Assembly: GCA_902513515.1 (NCBI GenBank)
Contig: CABXNE010000002.1
Location: 5,023-69,022 of the forward strand
From: an uncultured SAR86 cluster bacterium
GTDB lineage: Bacteria > Pseudomonadota > Gammaproteobacteria > Magnimaribacterales > D2472
DNA: 64,000 bases
Reading direction: 5' to 3'
The notes below the pieces were generated by a model, which did no database searches, had not been told where the DNA came from, and was given only the letters and a program-made list of their open reading frames with translations. The translations under genes and the position numbers were made by a program. Shown here in pieces: positions 45,974 through 54,700 of this stretch. Numbering within the stretch: position 1 is the first letter of the stretch; the number at the start of each line of letters is the position of its first letter.

Positions 45974-46919
45974 ATTATCTATACTGTTTTGTTCAGCAAC
46001 TATTTTTATATTAGTTTTAGTAGGATCGTCTGAATCATTTTCACACACAAGAGTTGACGATAGCATTGAATTTTATAATGTTAAAAAAGGCACATCTTTT
46101 AATTCAATACTAGATGATTTTATTTTGAAGCCTTCTCAAAAGCTTCTATTAAAAATTTATTTAAAAAAAAATGATATTAAGATTGCTCAAGCTGGCCATT
46201 ATTATCTTAAAAATAAATCATGGAGAGAGTTTATAATCTCCGTATCAAAGGGTGACGTTGTTATATTTAAGTTAGAAATTCCAGCTGGAAAGAATTTATT
46301 TGAAGTTAAAAAAATTCTTCTAGAATCAAATCTAGCAGATGATTGTAAAGATTTTAATTGTCTAGACGATCGTTTGAATTTTATAGAGGGAACTTTAAAG
46401 CCAGATACGTATTTTTATAAACATTCTTCGTCATTAGCTGACATCCTTAAACAATCGCAAAGTGAATTCTTTGACCAATCACTCAATTTATGGTCAGGTA
46501 AAAATATAAGCTCCCCTTTAAAAACATTTTCAGATGCAATAATTCTTGCTTCAATTGTAGAGAAAGAGGCGGGTAATGATGAAGAGAAGCCAATCATCGC
46601 TGGAGTCTTTTTACATAGATTAGCTATTGGCATGAGGTTACAAGCTGACCCAACAATTATCTATGGTTTAATGCCGAATTTTAATGGGAATATTACAAAA
46701 GCAAATTTAAGAGACAAGACTAATCCATATAATACTTATCAAATTTCAGGGCTACCGCCAACTCCAATATCTACAATTAGCCAATCATCTTTGGAAGCAG
46801 TAATATTGGGGATGCAAAATGATTATTTGTACTTTGTAGCTAGAGGTGATGGAACCCACAAGTTTTCAAAAACTTACAAAGAACACCTTGATGCAGTAAA
46901 AAAATATCAGCTGAATTGA
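45954..46919 (+). CDS. mltG: endolytic murein transglycosylase MltG (YceG)
   Basis: ASIVEKEAG (catalytic Glu), RLQADPTIIYG, and NTYQISGLPPTPI. The TTG at 45954 gives MSSKKSKL followed by a TM, a plausible N-terminus. The track's TTG at 45927 is also possible. Either start overlaps the fabF 3' end. Confidence 0.85.
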   Translation: MSSKKSKLSILFCSATIFILVLVGSSESFSHTRVDDSIEFYNVKKGTSFNSILDDFILKPSQKLLLKIYLKKNDIKIAQAGHYYLKNKSWREFIISVSKGDVVIFKLEIPAGKNLFEVKKILLESNLADDCKDFNCLDDRLNFIEGTLKPDTYFYKHSSSLADILKQSQSEFFDQSLNLWSGKNISSPLKTFSDAIILASIVEKEAGNDEEKPIIAGVFLHRLAIGMRLQADPTIIYGLMPNFNGNITKANLRDKTNPYNTYQISGLPPTPISTISQSSLEAVILGMQNDYLYFVARGDGTHKFSKTYKEHLDAVKKYQLN

Positions 46920-46922
46920 ACC

Positions 46923-47516
46923 ATGAAATTAATAACATTTGAGGGAATAGAGGGAGTAGGGAAGTCCACTCAAATAAATCTAATCTCAGAATGGCTTAAA
47001 GAAAAAGGTCTATCAACTAAGCTCCTCAGGGAACCTGGATCAACTGATTTTGGTGAAAAAATAAGAGAATTACTTTTATCAAAGGAATCTAGTATATCGA
47101 CACACTCAGAATTATTATTAATGTTTGCAGCAAGGTCTGAAATGATTGCTGAACATTTCATTGACTCTAGAGATGATTTCATTTTATGCGATAGATATTA
47201 CCATGCATCTATTGCTTATCAAGGACATGGAAGAATGCTTTCGCTTGATTTAATTGATAATCTAATCAAAGGCATTAATTGCCCGATTCCTGACTTAACA
47301 ATAGTTTATGATTTAGACGTGAAAGTTGGTTTTGAAAGAAAAGCTAATGATGATATTGATAGAATTGAATCTTCCGGAATTGATTTTTTTGAAAATGTAA
47401 GAAAAGGCTATCAGCAGCTGGCTAATGATAGGGAAGAAGTTAAGATTCTTGATGCATCCCAGCCTATTGAAATACTGAGCCAGCAAACTAAAGATTTGAT
47501 AGAGCGATTGTTTTAA
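46923..47516 (+). CDS. tmk: thymidylate kinase
   Basis: P-loop ITFEGIEGVGKSTQ and DRY motif (CDRYYHAS). Confidence 0.95.
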   Translation: MKLITFEGIEGVGKSTQINLISEWLKEKGLSTKLLREPGSTDFGEKIRELLLSKESSISTHSELLLMFAARSEMIAEHFIDSRDDFILCDRYYHASIAYQGHGRMLSLDLIDNLIKGINCPIPDLTIVYDLDVKVGFERKANDDIDRIESSGIDFFENVRKGYQQLANDREEVKILDASQPIEILSQQTKDLIERLF

Positions 47517-48509
47517 ATGAGTATTCAGCGATTTCCATGGTTAAAAGCTGCCATAGATGCTCATAGTAATATTGCTTTTCCATCGTCAGTGATTATTGAA
47601 GGACAATCTGGTTTAGCCAAGAAACAACTAGCAAGATATTTTGCTCAAAAATTACTATGTTCAGATCACTCTGCACCCTGCAAAGAATGTAATTCGTGCA
47701 ATTATTTTTTAGCTGAATCACACCCAGATTATTGTTTTCTTGACCATGACTCATGTTCTAGCGTTTTACACACTTATTCTAAGGCCAAGAAAGAAGCATT
47801 AAATTCAAAAAAAATTGAGGGGGCAAGAGCTCTCCATGAATTCATCGGCATGACCAATTCGGTATCTGAACAAAGGGTCGCTATTATATTTGACGCTCAT
47901 TTAATGAATGTTAATGCACAAAACGCACTTCTTAAAACCTTAGAGGAATTACCTGATAATAAACATGTAATTCTTATTTCAAATCAACGTAAATATTTTT
48001 TACCAACCATTTATAGTCGCTCAAGCTTAATTTCAATAAAAAACCCTGATTCAGTGGCCATTAATCAATGGATTGTAGATCAGGGTTATATTGATTTTTC
48101 GATATTAAATTTTGCTCCCGATTCCACCCCCTTAGAAATTGAAAAACTTATTAAGAGTGATATGGCGGGACAATACATAGAGATTTCTCAAAACCTTAAT
48201 TCTTATTGTCTTGGTAAAAAAACTACACCTGATCTTTTAAAATTTTATAAGGAAATTAATATCTCATTTGAAGATAAAATTGATTCTATTATTCTTTTTC
48301 TAAAAACATGTTTAGGTATAAATCAAGATTTTTATAAAGCTCACCCATCTTTCACATCCATAGACAATAAAGAATTGGATACAAGACAAGCATCAGATTT
48401 AATTGAAGAACTGATTAATTATAAATATCAGCTTAATAAAGTTCCTTCATTAAATGAGCAAATCGGACTAAATAATTTTTTTTATAAAATTAAAAATCTT
48501 TTTAATTAA
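47517..48509 (+). CDS. holB: DNA polymerase III delta-prime subunit
   Basis: Degenerate P-loop region GQSGLAKKQLA, Zn-module CKECNSCNYF, NALLKTLEE, and its position after tmk. Confidence 0.85.
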   Translation: MSIQRFPWLKAAIDAHSNIAFPSSVIIEGQSGLAKKQLARYFAQKLLCSDHSAPCKECNSCNYFLAESHPDYCFLDHDSCSSVLHTYSKAKKEALNSKKIEGARALHEFIGMTNSVSEQRVAIIFDAHLMNVNAQNALLKTLEELPDNKHVILISNQRKYFLPTIYSRSSLISIKNPDSVAINQWIVDQGYIDFSILNFAPDSTPLEIEKLIKSDMAGQYIEISQNLNSYCLGKKTTPDLLKFYKEINISFEDKIDSIILFLKTCLGINQDFYKAHPSFTSIDNKELDTRQASDLIEELINYKYQLNKVPSLNEQIGLNNFFYKIKNLFN

Positions 48510-49270
48510 GCTGTCGCACCACCATCAACGATAATTGTTTGACCGTTTATGTATTTTCCTGCATCTGACGCAAGCATTATTGCAGCACCAGCAACTTCAT
48601 CTGGTTCACCAATTCTTTTCATGGGATGAGTGCTTGTATACCGCTCAAGAATATCAGGGTTTTCCCATAAACCTTTAGCGAAATCAGTTCGAATAAGCCC
48701 TGGGGCAATGCTATTGGCTCTTATGTTGTGATGTCCATATCCTACAGCAATATTTTTTACCATTTGAATGTCAGCTGCCTTGCTTAGATTATATGTACCT
48801 ATAAGGTTATTGCCTCTCGTGCCACCAACACTTGAAATAATAATTATGACGCCATCTTTACGTTCAATCATTTGGGGCGTGACTAAATTGGTTAATATGT
48901 GATTTGCTTTAATGTTGTTATTCATAACCTTATCAAAAGCATCAGACGGAATATCAGCCATTGATCCCATGAATGGATTTGTTGCAGCATTACAAATTAG
49001 CACATCAATCTTACCTAATAATTTATTGGTTTCATTTACAAGATTTACAAGGTCTGATTCATGAGCAATATTTCCTGCAATAGGAAAAGCTAGTTCGGAA
49101 CCAACTTGATCATTTATCTCCTTTGCCGTTTCTATGCAAGCATCAATTTTTCTGCTTGAAATGATAACTTTTGCTCCATGAGATGCCGCATGAAATGCAA
49201 TTGATTTACCAATACCTTTTGAAGAACCAGTTATCAAAAATGATTTATTTTTTAAATTAAATAATGACAT
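48506..49270 (-). CDS. short-chain dehydrogenase/reductase (SDR)
   Basis: ITGSSKGIGKSIA, CNAA, and YNLSKAA (YxxxK). Confidence 0.9.
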   Translation of the reverse strand: MSLFNLKNKSFLITGSSKGIGKSIAFHAASHGAKVIISSRKIDACIETAKEINDQVGSELAFPIAGNIAHESDLVNLVNETNKLLGKIDVLICNAATNPFMGSMADIPSDAFDKVMNNNIKANHILTNLVTPQMIERKDGVIIIISSVGGTRGNNLIGTYNLSKAADIQMVKNIAVGYGHHNIRANSIAPGLIRTDFAKGLWENPDILERYTSTHPMKRIGEPDEVAGAAIMLASDAGKYINGQTIIVDGGATA

Positions 49271-49285
49271 TTAGCTTATAATCCC

Positions 49286-49519
49286 ATGATGTTAAAAAAT
49301 GTAGAAATATATTCTAAATCAAATTGTGTCTTTTGTGATAAAGCAAAACATTACTTTGTACAAAATGATATTCCCTATGTTGAACACAATGCAGAGTCTC
49401 CAGAAGTATTTGATGTTCTTATGAACAGAAACCCTAATGCAAGAACAATGCCTCAAATCTTTATCAATGATGAATTGATTGGTGGATATACTGATTTAAT
49501 GGAATGGGTTAATAATTAA
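49286..49519 (+). CDS. glutaredoxin-family protein (CVFC active site)
   Basis: 77 aa. The dithiol motif SNCVFCDKAK, TMPQIFI, and GGYTDL fit the glutaredoxin fold pattern. Confidence 0.8.
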   Translation: MMLKNVEIYSKSNCVFCDKAKHYFVQNDIPYVEHNAESPEVFDVLMNRNPNARTMPQIFINDELIGGYTDLMEWVNN

Positions 49520-49528
49520 GGAGTAGTT

Positions 49529-51193
49529 ATGGTTGCCTTTAATGATTTTTTATTACTTTTAGATGGCTATCTTAGTGGTTCATGGTGGTTCCCTGCATTT
49601 CTTATAGGTATAGGAATATTTTTTACTGCTTATTTAGGATTTCCGCAGTTTAAATTTTTTGCTCATGGCTGGAGAATCGTTACAGGTAAATATGCAAAAG
49701 ATGAGGTTGAAGGAGAGACGACTCCCTTTGAGGCTTTAACAACAGCTATGTCAGGCGCTGTAGGCACTGGAAATATTGGAGGTGTTGCTTTAGCAATATG
49801 GATTGGTGGTCCTGCTGCAATTTTTTGGATGTGGATAACTGCAATTTTTGGTATGACTACTAAATTTGTTGAAGTAACAATGGCTCATAAATACAGAACA
49901 ACATTATCTGATGGTTCAATTTCTGGTGGACCTATGTATTACATTGAAAAAAGTTTTAATAAACGCTGGGCCGGAGTTCTATTTGCTGCTTTGATGATGA
50001 TATGTGCCATTGGTTCAGGGAACATGCCTCAAATAAATAATATTGCAAGCGTGCTTGATTCAACCTTTACTGTTCCAAAACTTGCTACTGGTTTAATTCT
50101 AGGTTCAATGTTGTGGTTAATCATCTCAGGTGGCATCAAAAGGATTGCTAAAATTGCCAGTAAGTTAGTTCCAATTATGGCTGTAATCTATTTCGGTGGA
50201 GCCTTAGTTGTTGTAATTGAGAATTATCAAAATATCATCCCTTCATTTCATTCAATATTTTCACAAGTTTTTTCTGGTTCTGCTGCTGCAGGTGGTTTTT
50301 TGGGTGCTAGTTTTGCAATGAGTTTAAAGCTTGGTGTTGCTAGAGGCCTCTATTCAAATGAAGCTGGACAAGGCTCATCACCAATAGCACATGCATCAGC
50401 AAAAACTGAACATTCAGTAGAACAGGGCATGGTTTCAATTTTAGAGCCTTTTATTGACACGATTGTTGTTTGTAGTGTTACCGCAATTGTTATTTTATCT
50501 AGCGGAGCTTGGATTCAGAAATACGAAAATACTTTTGAGAGATCTTCTATGGCAATTTTTGCAGGTGAATACAGTGAATCAAATTCAAAAGATGTTGAAG
50601 AGCTTAGTAAATATATTCTCGATGCCAGAAAATTCACTAGCAATACAACGGCAGTAAAGAATTTTTCTGGAAATTTAACTATTGTAGAAGGTGACCTTCA
50701 ACAGGATGGAATAACAATATTTCATAATAACTCTATCGCTGAAGATGTTACTTTTTATAAAAATGGCGAAATCTTTGATGGGTCCTTGGAAATTCTTAAT
50801 GGAGATATAAAAGACTCATCAATTATCGTAGTAGGTAAATCCTTGATTCATTCAGCTGAATTAACTTCCAAAGCATTTGGCTCAGGTGTGCTGGGAAAAT
50901 ATGGTGAATATATTGTTGCCATTGGTCTGCTTCTATTTGCATTTTCTACTGCTATTGCTTGGTCCTATTATGGAGATAGATCTACAGCTTACATCTTTGG
51001 TGAAAATGCAGTCCCATGGTATCGAATGATCTATGTTCTTTGCTTTATTGCTGCGGCTATAATCGACACAACAGTTGTTTGGAATATTGCTTATGTGGTA
51101 GTCGCACTTGTAACAATACCAAATTTATTTGCCTTATTTATTCTTCGAAAAGAAATGAAAGACCAAGTATCAAATTATGTTATTGAAAAGTAG
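49529..51193 (+). CDS. alanine/glycine:cation symporter (AGCS family) with a ~110-aa extramembrane insertion
   Basis: FEALTTAMSGAVGTGNIGGVA, GLYSNEAGQGSSP, and FAFSTAIAWSYYG are AGCS signatures. At 554 aa it appears longer than I expect for the family. Confidence 0.9.
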   Translation: MVAFNDFLLLLDGYLSGSWWFPAFLIGIGIFFTAYLGFPQFKFFAHGWRIVTGKYAKDEVEGETTPFEALTTAMSGAVGTGNIGGVALAIWIGGPAAIFWMWITAIFGMTTKFVEVTMAHKYRTTLSDGSISGGPMYYIEKSFNKRWAGVLFAALMMICAIGSGNMPQINNIASVLDSTFTVPKLATGLILGSMLWLIISGGIKRIAKIASKLVPIMAVIYFGGALVVVIENYQNIIPSFHSIFSQVFSGSAAAGGFLGASFAMSLKLGVARGLYSNEAGQGSSPIAHASAKTEHSVEQGMVSILEPFIDTIVVCSVTAIVILSSGAWIQKYENTFERSSMAIFAGEYSESNSKDVEELSKYILDARKFTSNTTAVKNFSGNLTIVEGDLQQDGITIFHNNSIAEDVTFYKNGEIFDGSLEILNGDIKDSSIIVVGKSLIHSAELTSKAFGSGVLGKYGEYIVAIGLLLFAFSTAIAWSYYGDRSTAYIFGENAVPWYRMIYVLCFIAAAIIDTTVVWNIAYVVVALVTIPNLFALFILRKEMKDQVSNYVIEK

Positions 51194-51489
51194 TATTTTT
51201 TAGCTACTGCCATTTCATAGTATTGTGTGCCTTTCATCTTTTTTAATGCAGTTAAATATCCATTATTAGACTCTTTCATTAAAAATCTTTGCACTCTAGT
51301 AATAGTTGTTGTTGAAACAGAAAGTTTTTCTGCAATTTCTCTATATGTTAATTCTTTTTTATAGAGCAATTTTGCAATAGCCCATCTTTCTTCGATTGCT
51401 TTAATCTCTCCAGGAGTCATCAAATCTTTTAAGAAATTTTCAATTTCTTTATTTGTTTCTAATTTTAATATTGCTGTAGTTAATTTCAT
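51175..51489 (-). CDS. TrpR-related YerC/YecD-family DNA-binding protein
   Basis: FLKDLMTPGEIKAIEERWAIAKLL...TYREIAEKLSVSTTTITRV matches the YerC/YecD (Trp-repressor-like) pattern. The 3' end overlaps the AGCS gene by 19 nt (convergent). Confidence 0.75.
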   Translation of the reverse strand: MKLTTAILKLETNKEIENFLKDLMTPGEIKAIEERWAIAKLLYKKELTYREIAEKLSVSTTTITRVQRFLMKESNNGYLTALKKMKGTQYYEMAVAKKYYFSIT

Positions 51490-51579
51490 TGCAAGATTTT
51501 ATCTGTTCTATTCTGATAATAAAAATATAAATAAAAAAATTATAGAATTAAGTTAAAATTTAAATTAAAAGTTCTGCAT

Positions 51580-52056
51580 ATGACTATTTCAATAAATGAT
51601 AAATTTCCAAATCAAGAATTAAGAGTCTTAATTAATGGAGAGATTCAAAATATAAACTCAGATGAATATTTCTCAGGCAAGAAAATCGTTTTGGTTGGAG
51701 TACCTGGTGCATTTACTCCAACATGCCATTCATCACATTTACCAGGATATATAGAAAATATTCAAAGTTTTAAAGATAAAGATTATTCCATTACATTTTT
51801 AGCTGTTAATGACCCATTTGTAATGAAATCTTGGTCAGAAGCATCTAATGCTGATGGTATAGATATGTTAGCTGATGGTAATTGTGATTTAACCAATGAA
51901 CTTGGCCTAGCAATGGATGGTTCAAGCTTTGGTTTGGGTAACAGATGCAAAAGATTTGCTATGGTTGTAGATAATGGCATAGTCCAATCCATTGACATAG
52001 AAGAACCAGGAGCTATGGACGTATCATCCGCCGAATCACAACTTGCCAAAATCTAA
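51580..52056 (+). CDS. peroxiredoxin, Prx5/type II subfamily
   Basis: The peroxidatic Cys context VPGAFTPTCHSSHLPGY. 158 aa. Confidence 0.9.
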   Translation: MTISINDKFPNQELRVLINGEIQNINSDEYFSGKKIVLVGVPGAFTPTCHSSHLPGYIENIQSFKDKDYSITFLAVNDPFVMKSWSEASNADGIDMLADGNCDLTNELGLAMDGSSFGLGNRCKRFAMVVDNGIVQSIDIEEPGAMDVSSAESQLAKI

Positions 52057-52924
52057 GAAAAAATACTTATTTGTTGGTCTAGGTACCATGGGTTATCCCA
52101 TGGCTGGCCATCTCTCACAAAATAAAGATCTTGAGATATTTGTTTACAATAGATCTCCTCAAGTAACAAAAAAATGGTTGAAAGAATACAAAGGTAATAA
52201 ATTTGATATCACAAACCCTATTGATATTAAGTTTGATGGTTTAATTACATGTTTAAAAGATGATGCAGCCATTATTGATGTGTTACTAAATAAGAATTTA
52301 GTTTTAGCTCTTAAAAAAAATTCTTTTATTATTGATCATTCAACCACCTCATTAGATCTAATCGAAACAATTACATCTAACGAAGCAATGATCAATAAAA
52401 ATATTTATTTTTATGATTCGCCAGTAAGTGGAGGAGAGGCAGGAGCGATAAACGGCTCTTTGTCTGTAATGTTTGGCGGACCAAATAAAAAAATTGTAAC
52501 CATTAAAAAATTAATGAAATCTTATTCAAAATCTATAGTACATATTGGACCAAATGGTCATGGTCAACTAACAAAAATGGTTAATCAATTATGTATAGCT
52601 GGGCTTATTCAGGGATTGTCTGAAGGGATTGCACTTGGTATGTCCTCAGGTCTAAATATGGATAAAGTTTTTGATGCCATTTCTAATGGTGCCGCTCAGT
52701 CATGGCAAATGGATAATAGATTTAAAACAATGATAAAGGGTAAATTTAATTTTGGATTTGCAGTAGATTTAATGATAAAGGACTTGAAAATTTCTCTAAA
52801 GGAGTCAAGGTCAAAGAACCTTGACTTGACGGTAACTAGAAAAGTTTTAAGAAAATATCAAAACATTTCAGCTCAAGGTGATGGAAAGTTAGATACATCA
52901 AGTTTAATTAAGCTCATTAAATAA
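52043..52924 (+). CDS. NAD(P)-dependent 3-hydroxyisobutyrate/6-phosphogluconate-dehydrogenase-like oxidoreductase
   Basis: FVGLGTMGYPMAGHL Rossmann start, DSPVSGG, and GHGQLTKMVNQ are typical of the HIBADH family. Confidence 0.85.
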   Translation: MPKSKKKYLFVGLGTMGYPMAGHLSQNKDLEIFVYNRSPQVTKKWLKEYKGNKFDITNPIDIKFDGLITCLKDDAAIIDVLLNKNLVLALKKNSFIIDHSTTSLDLIETITSNEAMINKNIYFYDSPVSGGEAGAINGSLSVMFGGPNKKIVTIKKLMKSYSKSIVHIGPNGHGQLTKMVNQLCIAGLIQGLSEGIALGMSSGLNMDKVFDAISNGAAQSWQMDNRFKTMIKGKFNFGFAVDLMIKDLKISLKESRSKNLDLTVTRKVLRKYQNISAQGDGKLDTSSLIKLIK

Positions 52925-52948
52925 AAAGCCCGCTTTCTAACGGGCTTT
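52925..52948. terminator. bidirectional rho-independent terminator hairpin between convergent genes
   Basis: AAAGCCCG-cttctaa-type loop-CGGGCTTT: an 8-bp perfect stem (52925-52932 with 52941-52948) and an 8-nt loop. A T-run follows on the minus strand (CGGGCTTTTTAT) and a shorter TTT on the plus strand. It is the only clear GC-rich hairpin I saw at a gene end. Confidence 0.6.
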
Positions 52949-52966
52949 GAAAGGATTAAAATTAAA

Positions 52967-53398
52967 TTATTTCTTTCCCCACATTGGTAAAACTTGCATA
53001 ATCGTAATTGCAATTATGAATAAACCCTGAGGAAGTGAAGGTATTAAATTAAATGGTGCGCCAGGATTATTACTAGCAATTAATTCAGAACCGTAAGGTG
53101 AGATTAGTTCGCCAGATGCCTCTAATACTGCCATTCCATTAGCAACACCATTTGCATTCCATTCTGAAGCCCCAAAATTAATTAACCATCCATAGGCTAT
53201 AAAAAGAGAGAAAGTAGTACCAGCTATTTTCATTAGCAAAGGAGTATCAACATTGTTATAAATATTCTGACCAATTCTTAGGCCCACCCAGGATAGAAAT
53301 CCTAATGCTAAAAACCATGAAGCTTGACCACCTGAAGCCATCCATAGATGATCCCAAAGCTCTAATTCCGTGTAATTAACTGTCGCTGAAGATTCCAT
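52967..53398 (-). CDS. hypothetical 3-TM membrane protein, paralogue B of a tandem pair
   Basis: 143 aa with three hydrophobic segments. It shares ELELW, PLLMKI, GWLI, SGELISP, NPG and the C-terminal LPMWGKK with the upstream gene's ELEMW, PVLMKV, GWMV, SGTELSP, NPG and LPLWLKGEK. ATGA-type overlap at 53398. Confidence 0.6.
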   Translation of the reverse strand: MESSATVNYTELELWDHLWMASGGQASWFLALGFLSWVGLRIGQNIYNNVDTPLLMKIAGTTFSLFIAYGWLINFGASEWNANGVANGMAVLEASGELISPYGSELIASNNPGAPFNLIPSLPQGLFIIAITIMQVLPMWGKK

Positions 53399-53811
53399 TA
53401 TTTTTCTCCTTTAAGCCATAAGGGCAATATTGCAATCAATAGTCCTGAAATTAAATAGGCCATTCCAATCAGACCAGGATTTGACATGAATTCACCGCCA
53501 TACATTTCAACAAATTGACTTGCTAATGGGCTTAACTCAGTTCCAGATTCTTTTAGATCTGATAATGCAGTCGCTTGAACAACCCAGCTATTTAATGCTC
53601 TGGTTATTACCATCCAACCAAAAGCAAAACCTGATATAGCAAATACAGAAATAATTACTTTCATCAGCACAGGCGCATCATTTTCTCTAGCAACACTAGC
53701 AAATCTTGCTGCTATCCATATGCCTATGGTTACAGATAGAATCATTGTTGCGTTTGCGCCTCTGGAGTTTTGAAAAATATTCCACATTTCTAATTCCATA
53801 ATTTTCTCCAA
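53398..53811 (-). CDS. hypothetical 3-TM membrane protein, paralogue A of a tandem pair
   Basis: 137 aa, same architecture and motifs as the downstream paralogue. GGAG precedes the ATG. Confidence 0.6.
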   Translation of the reverse strand: MEKIMELEMWNIFQNSRGANATMILSVTIGIWIAARFASVARENDAPVLMKVIISVFAISGFAFGWMVITRALNSWVVQATALSDLKESGTELSPLASQFVEMYGGEFMSNPGLIGMAYLISGLLIAILPLWLKGEK

Positions 53812-53912
53812 AAAATTTATACCCCTTTATTGAGATATAAATTGATAATATCATAAATGAGAATAATTCTTATTTAATTAGATGCATGAAAAAATGGATT
53901 TTATTGGTAAAT

Positions 53913-54335
53913 TTAAATTGGTTCAAAAAAATAACTTATATATGAATTGCCATCTTGATCTTTTCTACCTAAAGCATCTTTAAATACTACTTTTACCCTC
54001 ATATCAAAAGATAAATTTTCAGGATTAGGTTCAACATTAATTAAATTACCTTTGATAGTTCCTCCATTATCTAGATCAACTATTGCTGATACATATGGGA
54101 CTTTAATGCCAGGGAATGATCTATGAACAATTGAATATGAATACAACTTTCCAGTATTAGATAGTCTAATGTCAGAAATACTATTAACTTCAAAACATTT
54201 AGCACAAGTCAGTCGTTTATCTATAAAAATTGCCGAACAAACATTGCACTTTTTACCAGACAAATAGTAATCACCTTGCTCATCTTTATTAATAAAAGAT
54301 GTGGCTCCATAAAAGTCAGTATTCTGATTGGACAT
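53913..54335 (-). CDS. DUF35 (Zn-ribbon + OB-fold) acyl-CoA-associated protein
   Basis: The four-Cys ribbon CNVCSAIFIDKRLTCAKC is followed by an OB-fold-like C-terminus (YSYSIVH...VSAIVDLD). 140 aa. Confidence 0.8.
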   Translation of the reverse strand: MSNQNTDFYGATSFINKDEQGDYYLSGKKCNVCSAIFIDKRLTCAKCFEVNSISDIRLSNTGKLYSYSIVHRSFPGIKVPYVSAIVDLDNGGTIKGNLINVEPNPENLSFDMRVKVVFKDALGRKDQDGNSYISYFFEPI

Positions 54336-54404
54336 ATTTGTTTTTATGAATAAGAATTAAGTATTAGTTAATTTTATGATAACTAATTAAAAGGGGGGCA
54401 ACAA

Positions 54405-54695
54405 ATGAAAGGTTATGTGCTTGGTTTGTTATACATGGACAATTGGGATTGGTATGAAAAATATTTTCCTGCGACTGCAAAATTAATTGAAGAACATGGC
54501 GGAAAATATCTTGCTTCAGGTGTAAAGCCAGAAATGAGAGAAGGCAATGAACAACCTTCAGCATATGTGCTTTTAGAATTTCCAGATCTTTTATCTGCTC
54601 AAAAATGGTATGAAGATCCAAAATATAAGCCTTTGATTGATTTGAGGAATTCAGGCGGAAGATCAGAAATTTTTATTATTCCTGGAGGTTTGTAA
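54405..54695 (+). CDS. DUF1330-domain protein
   Basis: 96 aa. The pattern MKGYVLG...YEKYFPATAKLIEEHGGKYLA...LEFPDLLSAQKWYEDPKYKPL is the DUF1330 signature arrangement. Confidence 0.8.
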   Translation: MKGYVLGLLYMDNWDWYEKYFPATAKLIEEHGGKYLASGVKPEMREGNEQPSAYVLLEFPDLLSAQKWYEDPKYKPLIDLRNSGGRSEIFIIPGGL

Positions 54696-54700
54696 AGCTT

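Noticed and set aside
53841-53875. Possible second Fur box upstream of the tandem membrane-protein pair
   Set aside because: Only about 12 of 19 positions match the consensus, against 17 of 19 at 29055-29073. In DNA this AT-rich such partial matches are expected by chance. I kept it only as a note under the paralogue-pair finding, not as a called site.
54364-54621. Minus-strand 85-aa ORF overlapping the DUF1330 gene
   Set aside because: The plus-strand product has a clear DUF1330 pattern. The antisense product is His/Leu-rich with no recognisable feature.
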